From assembly GCA_965112155.1 (NCBI GenBank), contig OZ218098.1: 64,000 bases of DNA. One strand, given 5' to 3'. This document shows, piece after piece, positions 1 to 12,425 of the stretch (positions are counted from its first letter, which is position 1; each line of letters begins with the position of its first letter). The DNA is from Podarcis liolepis. Lineage: Eukaryota. The position numbers and the translations under genes were made by a program. The notes under the pieces are model-generated. The model was not told where the DNA came from and made no database searches. It saw only the letters and a program-made list of their open reading frames with translations.

Positions 1-67
1 CGAAAGGGTTGAACCCAGTTCAGATTGCTGTGAGGAACTGTGTTGTGAAATGCCTTCTGCGTGTTAA

Positions 68-250
68 AGAGCCAGAGTTGTGTAGGGTGAGAGTGTTAGG
101 CTAAGGCCAGGAAATCCCAGGTTCAAACCTCCAGGTGGCCATGACAGTTATTGGGTGACCTTGGGCCACTCGCTCTTTCAGCCCAACATACCGTGCAGGG
201 TTGTTTATGAGGGCAAAATGGGGGGAGGAGGAGAGACCAATGTTTGCTGT
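68..250 (+). mobile_element. Diverged CORE-SINE (Ther1/MIR-derived, Squam3-like)
   Basis: tRNA-like head with B-box GGTTCAAACC (121-130), then core motif TGGGTGACCTTGGGCCA and CTTTCAGCCCAACATACC, homologous to the younger copies at 8270, 31538 and 45382. Confidence 0.65.
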
Positions 251-739
251 CAATGTTTTATTTATTTTACAAAGGTTTAAACTGCTTCCCAGCCTGAAAA
301 ACAAGTGGTGGGACTCATTTAACCAGCCCCATCAGTGGAAGCCCTGAATGAGGACGTCTCCTTGCACAATGAGGCTTTACCCCTCTCTCCTCCAACATGT
401 GCCCCTTGCACTGTGCAAAATGGGCTGGGGGGGTGTTTGCAGAAGCTCCAGAACATGGGGGTTGAAGAGGGGGGAGCATTGTTCCATCTGGCAAGCTGCA
501 ATGCTCAGATGGAATAATTGGAAGAGCAAGGCATAGCATTCCACCCAGTATGAAATAAAATACAATAAAATTTCCACGAAGCTTAGAAACAATAAAAACA
601 AAAAACAAAAAATGGAGAAAAGGCAGGATAGTAATGTGGTAAGTAACTAAGTAAACAACACCTTCCTTGCATGTAGAAAACAAAGATTTAGGGGAGTAAG
701 ATTCCAGTTTAGCCCTCTTCCTGCTGTGCTCCTTTACGG

Positions 740-1358
740 TGTGCATGGAGTTCCATTCCTATGAGGAAACATTCAGACCTGGAGCTTATGCCTGCAGTTG
801 GAAATGATGATCTCTCAGACGTATTTTACCACAGGGTTTTGCGGGATGTGTGTGGATCAGGCCCTAAACAGGGTGGACTTGTTTGAAAAATGTAGGATTG
901 CCCTGAAGGGAGCAGGCTGGATAGTGATGCCTCCATGTTGGTTTTTAAAATCCTCATGGATGGAAGATGAGAAAGGATGCAGGGTGAAGAGTTGACCCTG
1001 TGTTTGCTGAAGAATGGCTTCACCTCAGCTTCACACCTGCTTGGGGTGGTTTCTGAAAACCTACCGGAGTACCTTTAAGATTTAGAAGGATTTGTTTTTT
1101 AAAAAACAATGTTTACACTGGTTTTGCTTAGCAACAGCCATGAAGAGAGTGTTCAACGGGGAATGCCCGCTGCTTAGCTCATTAAAATATTTAGAAGGAA
1201 GCACATCTTACCAGAGCCCCTGGGGCTGCCAAACCATGCCTCTCATTGTTCCAGAAGGCAGGTTGTTTCTCTGCCTGGTTTCCCTTTTCTGTCCTTGAGT
1301 GAGCTGACAGGGAAGCTCTTGTTTACAAGCTACCCCTCAGTAACCTGGATCACAAACA
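740..1358 (+). mobile_element. Possible degraded solo LTR (Gypsy-like)
   Basis: Begins TGTGCATGGAGTTCC and ends AGTAACCTGGATCACAAACA (TG...CA); ends recall squamate Gypsy LTRs from memory; no clear TSD. Confidence 0.25.
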
Positions 1359-1452
1359 GCAGTTCTCCAGTGGTTTCTGAACAGAAAGTACAAAAATGAG
1401 TTTTCCTTGTTCACAAGTTTGTTACTCACCTCTCTCTACTTTTCCACAAGAG

Positions 1453-1455
<3 letters not shown>

Positions 1456-1482
<27 letters not shown>
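1456..1482. repeat. (AC)n microsatellite
   Basis: Direct reading. Confidence 0.95.
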
Positions 1483-1483
<1 letters not shown>

Positions 1484-2533
1484 CACTTGGCCATTTTCAC
1501 ATTCGAAAGAGGTGGTTCTGTGACCGTTTTTCATCATTTCAACCACAAATGTAATCGAGGGGAACTTCAAACTTTATGCCCACCTGTGAGTCCCATTGAG
1601 TCCCATTGTCTCTATTCAGGCCGAAATGAAAAGAATGAAACCTCTTGGTTCCAGCAGTTCCACTTCTGAACCTCCTACTGAAATTCCTTTGTCCAACAGT
1701 GATCACCTTAAGATCAGTAGCAGAGTGTTCTGGCCGACAGAAATGTTCTCTTACTAGACAACATTACGCAGTGCCTGAATGACGATTCAGACCATTAGAA
1801 ACATTGCAAGTAGAAGTATTTCTCAGTTAGAATCAGCCCTCAGAAGCAGTCCACTTCAACTCTAAAACTTCTACCCTTTTTGCACATCCAGTTTAATTAC
1901 TTTCAGATAAGATTTCAAATAGTTGGTCTGTGTCTTTCTCATCTGTTCTTTCCTTAAATTTAATTACCAGAATCACACACAATAGAAGTTAAGCCCCAAG
2001 TTTCCTTCCACCTTCATCACTTCTCATAACTGCAGTTTGGTGTGTGCACTCTCGCCATCAACAGTAAGATCAGAGCAGTGTTTAGAGAACTTGGAAAACA
2101 TTGCTGTCAAAGAATTATGTGTTCTTATCCATATAAAGCATTGTGGTAACTTCCCATTCCGTGCCCAAGCAATCTACTAGGAATTCCTTTTTGAAAGATT
2201 CAGTATAGCATGCACTTATTTCTTTATATTTTATGTATAAGCCTTTCCTGCTGTTCTGAGTCTTGCTAAAACTAACTAAATCAAAGATGCAAAGAAAAGC
2301 GATTAGAACTTCTGCAGGGTGTTTCAGTTCTAATACTTACCAAGTAGGAAACTGTTGTTGGGTTTGTAAAAGCAAAACCAAACTCTTCTTTTGCTTTATT
2401 TGAAAGAGAGCATGCAAGGTAGAGCCAAATCACATATCATGTGATAGCCCATTGGTTGGTTGGCTGGTTGGTTATTTATTTATTTATGGCACCATTTGGC
2501 AGAAAGATGGGCTGCACATTTAACAAGCAAATA

Positions 2534-2571
<38 letters not shown>
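2534..2571. repeat. (TAAG)n microsatellite; (TTGG)n and (TTTA)n nearby at about 2452-2487
   Basis: Direct reading. Confidence 0.9.
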
Positions 2572-2572
<1 letters not shown>

Positions 2573-2939
2573 CAAGTGCCAGGAAGGAGCATTTTCACTG
2601 GGTATGAAAAGATAATGTTTAACCCCTATCTGCCCTTTCATTGTTCCCAGTGCAAAATCATACATTTTCTTGAGATTATGTCAGGTAAGAAAAAGCACAT
2701 GGTGTCGATGTATTGCTGTCACAGGCCCCTCTGCATCTGCTACCTTTTTAAAAAACAAAAACAAAACAGAAACAAAAAGCCAGAAAACTGACAGACTTCC
2801 AAGTGATGCAGTTAGCACCACAGGTAGTATAGCTAACTATCTGATCTCATGTTGAATAAGCTAGCGCAGCTGATGCAACTACATAGAAAGAAGCTACAGG
2901 ATGAAGGAAACAACTGAAAACAATGAGAGAATGACCTAG

Positions 2940-3080
2940 ATGAGGAATGGGGAACTGGTGACCCTTCAGATCTTGCTTGTCTCCAAACCCCATCAGCCTC
3001 AGGCATAATGGTTAGTTGTTAGGGATGGTGGAAGCTTTAGTTCAACAACAGCTGAAAGTTCATAGGTTAGCCAGCCCTGA
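2940..3080. mobile_element. Old palindromic hAT-type MITE (ACTACAACTCCCATCA...TGATGGGAGTTGTAG family)
   Basis: Degenerate copy of 36347-36484. Further old copies at about 6064-6190, 10860-10975, 36850-36985, 40130-40245, 42960-43092, 54310-54415 and 60815-60930. Confidence 0.6.
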
Positions 3081-3917
3081 CTTAGTTCCTTTTTCAGAAT
3101 GCAATCCATAATCCAGTTGGTCTAGAGCTAGTTGGCTTAAAATTGAAGGAAATTCTTTAAAATAATTGGGTTGTAGATGGTGGTCTTCCTCATTTTATTG
3201 TGCCTGTGGCAGTAAATGTTGTTTTTAACTCTTGTTTCTCTGAGTATATTAAGTAACTCACAGCTGATATTTTTACATGGAATATGAATTGCATTACCTC
3301 ACAAAATCCAAATTTCCTGACCATAAATGGGTTTATTCTAGGTCACACGAGTGGCACATTGTTGGGGCAAAAACAAAGTGCACTTTTAATAACATGGGTG
3401 GCAGAAACAAGCATTTTAATCATTCCGAATCGGCAGAGAATGCTGACATGAGGCAAAGTTTTCTGAGCAACTGTTAAATGTGGCCTTCTTCACCTTGAAC
3501 ACTTGGAGGCAGCATTGCCCAGTGAATGCTTCAGAAAGCAACCAGAACACCCAGGATTTGGAAATAAAGCCAAGATTATGAGGCATACGAAGCACAGGAA
3601 CCTATGGAAATTTCAGTAGCTCTATTTGAGTAAAAAGAATACACCGTGAGGATCAATTTCTATGACTGATCTTTTCCATCCTTGATGTGTCTTCAGAGCG
3701 GGGCTTGTGATTTTTCTCCTGAAAGAGAAATAAGAAGCCATGGGGGGTGGGATGGGGGGGGGGTTCATTCCTTTCTGCTATCAAGTGTGGCAGCTCAGTC
3801 AAATTCCCATTATGAAGTACTGCCTAGTCAGACATGTCAAGTTGTGTAGCACTCCTTCTCCACGGGCAAAACTCCTATAGTCTGACACCTAGATAAAGGC
3901 CAACTATTTCAGAGTTT

Positions 3918-4370
3918 GAGGCCCAGTGTAGCGTAATGGTTAGAGCAGGGGTCCTCAAACTATGATCCGCAGGCCACATCCGGCCCACCAGGCTCATAAA
4001 TCCGGCTGAAACGCTGTGCCAGGTTTACCTCAGCACGTGGCGACTGCCTGAAGCGTTGAATGGGAACAAGCACCTCAAGCAGCAGCGGCTCTGACAATGA
4101 AACACCGCACTGGGTTGCATAGGAATTCGTTCATATTTTTTTTCAAAATATAGTCCAGCCCCCAACAGTGTCTGAGGGACAGTGAACCGGCCCCCGGTTT
4201 AAAAAGTTTGAGGACCCCTGGGTTAGAGTGTTGGAGTAGGGCCTGGGAGACCAGGGCTGAGATCCCCACTCGGCCATGAAGCTCCCTGGGCCAGCACTGA
4301 CTTCTGGCCTAACTTGCCTCACAGGTGTACATCACCTAGAGCTTCTTCTAGGAAACATAGGATATCAATG
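3918..4370 (+). mobile_element. Old Squam3/Ther1-like CORE-SINE interrupted by a hAT MITE
   Basis: Head CCAGTGTAGCGTAATGGTTAGAG resumes after the insertion as TGTTGGAGTAGGGCCTGGGAGACCAGGG...ATCCCCACTCGGCCATGAAGCTC. Confidence 0.75.
3946..4220 (+). mobile_element. Non-autonomous hAT (Charlie/Buster group; OposCharlie1-like ends)
   Basis: Perfect 16-bp TIR CAGGGGTCCTCAAACT / AGTTTGAGGACCCCTG; 8-bp TSD GGTTAGAG at 3938-3945 and 4221-4228. Confidence 0.9.
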
Positions 4371-5335
4371 TAACTTAGCCATGTTCATTAATTTCAGTGG
4401 GTCTACTCTGAGTAATACTTAGCTGAATCCCATCCCTTGTGTTTATACTGGGTAATTTGGACTCATGTGGTTTTTTATTTATTTATATTTATGCCCTTCT
4501 TTTCTCTAGCAAGCTCAGTGGGTTGTACACAGGATTCCCAGACCATCTCCCATCAGCCAGACCCAAATTTCAACAGAATTGCTGCAGCATAAGTGTTCAG
4601 AATACACCCCTGGGCTTACGCTGCAGATTCATTGTTTCCAGTTAAAAAGGGATGCAATCAGATTTTACGAAGAAGAATGGTGCCATTGTGACTCCAGATT
4701 TTGGTGATGATTTGGAATGTATCCTTACCACCACCCTTGGCCAAAAGGAAAAGGAAGTTGTAACAACTGTCCTCTAAATCCCCAAGGCTCATTTGGGTAC
4801 ATGCTAACAACCAGCAAACTTGCAAGAAGTGTGGTAAGGCAAAGGGAGAGCTGTATTGGAAGCAGGTTTCAATAGTCATTGTTTCACATCTGAACCACAA
4901 TGCGGACGCAGCCCCTACTGAACAGTCTGAATATACACATTTAGATGAAAAACAGGATATGCATTTCCCCACCCGGTTCTTACAGAAGATCGGAGCTGAA
5001 TTGGAGCCAATGTGCCTTAGCACTGTTCACAGTGCATTAAACTTTATGGTTCTTCAAATTCTGAATGCATGTATTTTTTTCATACATACATATGGAGGTC
5101 CTGTGTATGTGTATTAGCACATATTGTTACATACTTGAAACAGTCAAAATCAAATGTGGTTGAATGGACCACTAAGTGGGAGCTTATTTCGCCACCTCCA
5201 TCCATGTTTTACCAGAACACCACGGGAAATAAGTTACTTTGCCTCATTTGTGTATGGCTTTATTCGGCTATATTTCCTTTGCTTCCTTCTCCTGTCTCTT
5301 GCCCCTAGGCCTGTGCCAGCCTTGCTCTCTCAAAC

Positions 5336-5535
5336 TAGGGTTGCTATATTTCAAAAAGTAACATTCCTGACACCCACAAAGTTATTGAACTTTCTTTAGG
5401 AAAAACCCAAAATTGTTCACCTTTTTTTTTTAAGATTTTAAGCTTTTTGGAACTGTTTTCACTTCTTTTCCCATCACATTGCCATTTTTACACCCAAATA
5501 CCTGTCAGGAATTTTCCTGCCGTATGGCAAGCCTA
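5336..5535. mobile_element. Non-autonomous hAT (Blackjack/Tip100-like ends)
   Basis: TIR TAGGGTTGCTATA / TATGGCAAGCCTA; 8-bp TSD TCTCAAAC / CCTCAAAC (7/8). Confidence 0.7.
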
Positions 5536-5608
5536 CCTCAAACTGACCCTCCATCAGTTTTTAGACTACATGATTGCCTACTCTTAGGGTTGATTCAGAA
5601 GCTTGAAT

Positions 5609-5783
5609 TATGATTGTTGAGCTTTCTTCTTTTCTTTTTTGTCCAAAGTTGTTGATCTCATCAACAAAAATGAGTTTTTGAGTTATTTTTTAATGAAAAC
5701 ACCAAAATCTACACTACCGATTTTCCCGGACATTTCAGTGATGTCTGGCCAGCCACTGCTTAATGGGGCGTATGGCAACCCTA
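5609..5783. mobile_element. Second Blackjack-like hAT MITE, left TIR degraded
   Basis: Right end TATGGCAACCCTA; identical 8-mer GCTTGAAT at 5601-5608 and 5784-5791. Confidence 0.5.
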
Positions 5784-7269
5784 GCTTGAATACCATATTT
5801 GGAATTCAATTTCTGCCTTATTGTGGATCCTGGCTGCCATTTGCCAAGATACCCCATTGTAAAAGGGAGTTCCAATCTCAACCCAATGCATATTAAGAGC
5901 TAATTTTAAGGGCCCCACCCTGAAAGTTCCAGCTTATCCATTATACATACAAATAAAATTCTTTGTGTAGGTTTCTCCTCCCCCCCCCCCAGGTAATTCT
6001 ATGTTGTTTAATGTACAGCACAATTCTATGCCTGCAACAGGATTTACTTCCAAGTGTGCATAGCAGGAGCAGTGAAACACTGGCCCTTCAGATGCTTTGG
6101 GATGACAATTTTATTCTCCCTTTCCATTGGTCATGCTGGCTAGGGCTGATGGGAGTTGAAGTCCATTTGGAGGGCTACGTTTGAAATCCGCCAAGCACAT
6201 TTTTCACCTGGCCATTGACCACTTGTGACCAAGTGAAGATGCCTGGGTGCCAGGATGGCGCTTGACGTCTCCATCACCTGGAAGTGCGTGCCTGGGGATC
6301 CTTGGATCTTGACTGTTTTCACACACTAGCAACACATCCTGTAGAATCCTATCCGCTATATTTTATCTGCACAATTAGAATGAATTTGAGGAACCAAAGA
6401 GTCGAATTGAAAAATATGACTTTTGAGCCGCCTGGCCCCAAAATGGCAACTAGGCATTCCATTTTGGCAACTAGCTTATATATCTGAGTTTCTAACACTG
6501 GCCACAGGTGTATAATTTGCTCCTGGTGTATATGATTGCAACCTTCAATATCTTTTCAAGAGTCCTTTATCTAAGAAAAGAGAGCAGCCCTTGCTTCCTT
6601 CGCTTGGTATGAGTGCTTGTACCCCTGGTTAGGAGAAGAAAAGTCTGCGCATATATGAGGCAGGAAGGAGGGGAGAGAAAGCATTTAATAATGGAGTTGA
6701 TAAATAAAAGTTCCAAGAGTTTGTGCATGAGCTTGGGAGAGGATGCAAAGGGGAGGGGGAAGATGAAAAGAAGAGAGTTTAGTATATGTAGCAAGAAGCA
6801 AAAATCGTGAAGTCCTAAGTTAACTCGCACAATGCTTTCAGGAATGGGGGGGGGGGGACCCAACACTGTCAAAACACAACATTAGTTTTCAGAAGCCTCC
6901 AGGCAAGATTTTATTTATTTAACGTTAGCTCCTATTTTAATAACAAAAAAGTGGCAGCATATTCTACATCAAAGAAAAAAACTTTTCCTAATGTTTCCAT
7001 TCCTCTTCTGAAGTGCAGGCACTGAAGTAATGGAGCTGTCTGTCTCGAAATAATTACGTGAGTGGCAGGATCTCAACCCCAGGAAAGCTTTTTGTCTGCA
7101 CTGGGGATTGTGCTATAAAGAGTGTCGTGTCTTGTACTGCGGAAACCAAACACCAATGGGGGGTAACTGGTTTAGCTATTGAAATAGTTATATTATGTAG
7201 ATAATTACCCCCACACACCTGAAAACAGACTAGTGCTAAACGCCTGGCTCTGAAAGCCACTATCTTTTA

Positions 7270-7720
7270 TTCCTGCATCAATAACAGAGATGCTGTCATG
7301 GACCACCATGTGGAGATTTCCATGCTGTCATCAATGAGCTAATTTATACCGTGCCTTTTACCTTGCAAGGCAATCAACATTATTAAAGCAGCTTTTCAAA
7401 GGCAGGAAACACTCTAATGACTCATTTGAGGTGTCCATGATTACTTTCATTTATTATGATCAGTGTATTTGGCTGCAAGGTAAATATTCCCACATATTCT
7501 TTGAGATTGTGTTAAATGAAAGGAATGGCAGCGAGTTACCTGCCAACCACTCAAGAGTGACTATACACAGCAGATTTGGAGGCCCCGTTCTTGAGGTGTA
7601 AACAGCAGGACACGAGTTAATCAGACATGGAGAAGGAACTCAGAGGAATAAAGGAAGGTGAAAATGCAATTTAAGTCCCACTTCAATATTAGCATTTTTG
7701 ATCGTGCCATATTGTATATG
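7270..7720. promoter_or_regulatory. Candidate conserved non-coding element/enhancer
   Basis: Unique, non-coding and repeat-free; dense TAAT/ATTA cores, CTGTCA (TALE-type) twice at about 7293 and 7325, AP-1 TGACTCA at about 7418; conservation not testable here. Confidence 0.3.
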
Positions 7721-8269
7721 GTAAATATATCCAAGAAGCAGTTCCCTCCCTCTCTCTCACTTTCAGAAAGTGAGAGAGAGAAAGTGAGAAAGCGAGACAT
7801 AGAAAGTCCCATAAAAAGCACCAGGTCCTTCTGGAGCAGTAGTCCTGGAGTCAGACGGTCCATGCTGCTTTCAGGTGAAGTTGGCACAAAATGACATCAC
7901 AGGGTGGCCCATGATATCAACAATGATATCAAATTGAATCATAACCCAGCCCACGCGAAAACCTATCTTTAAATATGAAACTTCCAACACATTTCAGTAA
8001 TTATTAGGGAAATTATCCCCCTCCCCTTCCCAAAAGAGCCCAAGGCCACAGCAGCAGAACAATAAAAACAATACAAATATATTTTTAAAGCTATGGGTCA
8101 ATGCCAGCTGATCAGCACCACCACCACCAATGGGGCCTCCCCTGGTTATCATAAGGTGATAGTGAGGTTAGGAATATTTTAAGTATTTGGGTCCCTGAGT
8201 ACAAAGCCTCTGAGTGGCTAGGACCAAAGTCCCTGTACTAACACCCTAAATTGGGCATGGTAGCTCAAT

Positions 8270-8515
8270 GAAAGCCAGTGTGGTGTAGTGGTTAAGAGTG
8301 GTAGACTTGTAATCTGGTGGACCGGGTTCGCTTCCCCGCTCCTCCACATGCAGCTGCTGGGTGACCTTGGGCTAGTCACACTTCTCTGAAGTCTCTCAGC
8401 CTCACTCACCTCACAGAGTGTTTGTTGTGGGAGAGGAAGGGAAAGGGGAATGTTAGCTGCTTTGAGACTCCTTCAGGGGAGTGAAAGGCGGGATATCAAG
8501 TCCAAACTCTTCTTC
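8270..8515 (+). mobile_element. Squam3-type CORE-SINE, full length
   Basis: A-box TGGTGTAGTGG, B-box-like GGTTCGCTTCC, core GGGTGACCTTGGGCTAGTCAC, (CTT)n tail; near-identical to 31538-31795 and 45382-45626. Confidence 0.9.
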
Positions 8516-8919
8516 ATTTTTAAATTTTTTTAAATACTTTTATTTTGCTTTAAACAAATACATATAAATATGGACAACCAAAATTACAAAAGAAAATTCC
8601 TTAATAGTAATAATGATGAAAAAAGCAAAAAAAAAACCCTACCAAAAATATCAAAGTACATGGCATAAAACATAAGCCATTATGGGAAAGAAAAAAGGAA
8701 AAGGAAAAAGGAAAGGAGGAGGATGAGAAAAAAAGAGGGGGGGGGGAGAGGAAGATGAGCCAAAACACAAGAAGGCTCATCTATTCTTCTTCTTCTACTG
8801 TCCTCTCATTACATGGTTCTATCAAACGGCCACACTCAACATCCTGGGCGCTGCATTCAGCACTTGGTGCAGCTCCCAGATCATCTTCAAAGGCAGCCCT
8901 ACATAGAGTGCATTAAAGG

Positions 8920-9505
8920 CATAAGAGAAGCATATTGAATCAGGCCACTGGCCCATCCAGTCAAATATCCTGTTTCCACAGTGGCCAACCAGATGCCTAT
9001 GGGAAGCCGACAAGCAGGATCTGAGGGAAAGAGGACTCTTCCCACTTGTGGTCCCCAGCAACAGCTCTTGGCTTGCTGTTTCCAGGGGTGGAGGGAGAGC
9101 ACAGCCATCATGGCTAGCAGCTATTGCTAGCCTCGTCCTCCGTGAATTTGTCTGACCCTCTTTTAAAGCCAACCAACTTGATGGCCGTTGCTACCTCTTG
9201 TGGGAGCAAATTCTAGCATTTAGCTGTGCGTTGTGTGAAGAAGTGCTTTCTTCTGATTGTCCCGAATCTTCTAATCCTCAGCATCATGGCCTTGAGTTCT
9301 AGATTTGTAGAATTGCAAAGTTGGAAGGGCTCACAAGGGTCAACAAGTCCCACCGCCTGCAAAGCAGGAATCTTTTGCCCAAAGTGGGTCTCGAACCCAC
9401 CACCCTGAATCTCGTGCTCTTCCTACTGAGCTGTCCCAGCAAGTATTGTAAGGGAAAAGAACTTTTCTCTACCCACTTTCACCAAATTATGCATAATTTT
9501 GTATG
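8920..9505 (-). mobile_element. CR1 LINE 3' fragment
   Basis: Reverse complement reads as a reptile CR1 3' region (CTTCTTCACACAACGCACAGCTAAATG...GGCTTTAAAAGAGGGTCAGACAAATTCACGGAGG...GGATGGGCCAGTGGCCTGATTCAA). Confidence 0.75.
9299..9440 (-). mobile_element. SINE with tRNA-Lys-like head and CR1-derived tail
   Basis: Minus strand AGCTCAGTAGGAAGAGCACGAGA...GGGTTCGAGACCCACTTTGGGC, then ATTCCTGCTTTGCAGG...CCCTTCCAACTTTGCAATTCTA. Confidence 0.7.
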
Positions 9506-9629
9506 ATCACTGGATTCCTGGACATGAGAACCACCCACACACAGCAGCTCCATCTTATCAGGATTCAGCTTCAGTTTACTGGCCACCTATCCATGAATGA
9601 TTGACCCCAAAGTATTGTCTTTTCATATC

Positions 9630-10272
9630 ACACATCTTGCACTGGCTCCCAGTGGAGTATAGGGTCAGGTTCAAGGTGCTGGTTTTGACCTTTAAAGCCC
9701 TTTGTGGCTTAGGGCCCTCGTATCTACGGGACCGCCTCTCATGGTATGCCCCGCAGAGGACTTTAAGGTCCATGAATAACCATAGTTAGAGGTCCCGGGC
9801 CCTAAGGAAGTCAGACTAACCTCCACCAGGGCCAGGGCCTTCTCAGTGATGGCTCCGACCTGGTGGAATGCTCTGTCCCATGAGACTAGGGCCCTTCAGG
9901 ATTTAACCTCCTTCTGTCAGGCCTGTAAGACAGAGCTATTCCGCCTGGCCTTTAATTTGAATTCAGCCTGATCTTTTATTTCCATTCTCTTCCTTCCCCC
10001 TCCCCTTTTATGAAGATCACCCACTCTAAGACCCCACAGCTAATTCTCCCCCGGCCTCCTTGCTGGCCCAAGTAGGACCAATTCAGCCAGCTAGCCCTGG
10101 AGAATATATAATTGATTTTTGAATTTTATTGTTATTCATGTTTTTATACTGTATTTTATGCTGCTTTTATAATTAAGTGTTTTAAAGTGTTTTAAATTTG
10201 TTGTTAGCTGCCCTGAGCACAGTTTTTGAACCGGGAAGGGCGGGGTATAAATAAAATTTTATTATTATTATT
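9630..10272 (+). mobile_element. L2 LINE 3' end (5'-truncated)
   Basis: ORF2 C-terminal peptide LHWLPVEYRVRFKVLVLTFKALCGLGPSYLRDRL; ends GGGCGGGGTATAAATAAAATTTT(ATT)n. Confidence 0.9.
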
Positions 10273-10520
10273 AATATAGGATAGTTAATATCCACTTTTT
10301 GAAAATACACAACTGTCTGAAGCCTATGAAAGCCTGTTAAATAGATTTTAGGGAAGAAGGACTGAAGCAAAAGAGAGAAAACACCATTATTAGAAAATAG
10401 ATAAAAATCAAACAGGTGTCTTGTGGTGCAGGTAGCCTAAGGAGGCTTTTTAAAGTATGGAAGGCATTGCTGAACAGGCCAGGGAAATGAACGAAGGTCC
10501 TAGGCCAGGGGTAGCTTATG

Positions 10521-10856
10521 CAGACCCTCCAAGTGTCCCCATTTTCCAAGGACATCCCTGATTTAGAGAAGCCGTCCCGGTTTATAATTTGATCTTGGAA
10601 TGTCCCACTTTTCCTTAGGATGTCCCTATTTTCACTGGAGAAATGTTGGAGGGTATGAAGTTATCCAACGCCCAAGCCGTCTGAAGACAATCCTGTATAG
10701 GGAAGTTTTTTAAATGTTTAATTGTGTTTTTATATATGTTGGAAGGTGCCCAGAGTGGCTGGGGCAACCCAGCAAGGTGTGTGGGGTATAAATAGTACAA
10801 TTATTATTATGGAATGGGACGTCCCTATTTTCATCAGAGAAATGTTGGAGGGTAGG
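10521..10856. mobile_element. Composite hAT-like non-autonomous element containing an L2 3' tail
   Basis: Left end CAGACCCTCCAA; right-end block GTCCCTATTTTCAnnnGAGAAATGTTGGAGGGTA present twice (10622-10657, 10821-10856), flanking an L2-type tail at about 10680-10810. Confidence 0.6.
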
Positions 10857-12340
10857 TTGATGTGGTATCCTATAGATGTTCTTGGTCTAGAATTCCCATC
10901 AACCCTAATCAGCATTGCCAACGAGCAGGGATTATGGAGGCCAAGAACAATGGGAAGGCATCACCTTCCTTCTGTTCAAGGTATCACCAATAAGCAGTTG
11001 TACACAATTCAAAAAAAGGAGAAAGAATGACTTGAAGAACAACAATTGACAAAAATCCATCCCGAAACTAGAATAAAAGATGAAGGAGTGTGTCACCAAC
11101 AACAAAAGGGGGGGGCATTTGCATGTAACATAAGGGTTCATTTCTCAGGTATCCAGTCTTTTTTTTGTAAATTAAAATTTTAAATATGTGTAAAAAATTC
11201 AGTGTTCAGATGAAAGTAAGTTATATATTTTTTTTCAAAAAAGCTTTCAAGATCTCAAGTCTGTAGTTTGAATGCTTAGCTAATACATCAACACTGGCTA
11301 GCCTGCCAAAAACACTAGAATACACGGAAAGAGATCATAAATTAGTAAATTATCAACTCTTCTTAATATGAATCTCCAGTGCCAGACACAGTTATAATAG
11401 TAAAAGCAGGTTACCTAGAAATAAGTGCCAGAGTCTAATCAAAAAGTGGAGGGCAGTTTTTATTTTAACTGGGTTTGTAGAAGTAATCTTGATTTTAGAG
11501 AGGCCGCCATGATTTAACTTGGACACTTGAAAACCTTGCACATTTCAGATTTCAGTGTTCATCTGGGGAACTATAATACCACACAGTAGAATCTTTATTA
11601 AATCAGTGCATTCATTTATTTGAGATAAAATTTTTTATTCAATCATTGTATTTTGATAGAGTAGACTATAGCACACCAACGCGAGATAATGGATTGAACA
11701 GAGCATCCTTGAAGGAGAATCGCTTGCTTCAGATCACCTCTTTTTTCCTCAGGAGACATTCTGCTTCCAACACCCGCACAAATTCCAAAGCTTGGGCAGA
11801 AAGATGCACCAGTGATACCTGGTGCAACAAATCAGATTTTGATTCACCTCCCTATAAAACTCGGGGAGGGGTGAATCAAATAATCCCTGCTTAAAATACC
11901 ACAGTGTCATCTTTTAACCTATCTAGGAAGATCGGCTCTGGTGCTTTTATGGCAGCTCAGCCATGTGTACTGCAAAGGCTCGCTAGCATCGAGGCTATCA
12001 TTTCGACAGCTTTCAGGAAGAGAGAAGCAGAAAGTTATATTCCACTAGTTTTCCTCCTGTCGTCCTGCTTAATCATTCCGTTTAATCTCCTTTTCTGTAA
12101 TTAAAGACTTTGTAGCACATGCTGATGCATGTCTACTCAGAAGTAAGTCTAATTTATATTAGTGGGACTAAACAACAACTCCTCCCAGGTAAGTGTGTAT
12201 AGATAGCACTGCAGCTTTAATCATGCAGGAAGTTTATTCAGTTCTGTTACCTATTACAGAAATTGATTGTATGTAATGGTTGTTATTATTACTACTAATA
12301 TATTGTCTTGATATTCATCTCTTGATACACTGAAAAAGAG

Positions 12341-12366
12341 ACACACACAGAGAGAGAGAGAGAGAG

Positions 12367-12425
<59 letters not shown>

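Larger units (their letters stand above)
8810..9597 (-). mobile_element. Old L2 LINE fragment split by CR1 and SINE insertions
   Basis: 8810-8915 encodes NALYVGLPLKMIWELHQVLNAAPRML (L2 ORF2); 9507-9597 carries the upstream KLKLNPDK-type segment. Confidence 0.65.

Noticed and set aside
11735-11820. Possible small exon on either strand
   Set aside because: Weak donor sites, unrecognisable peptides and no partner exons
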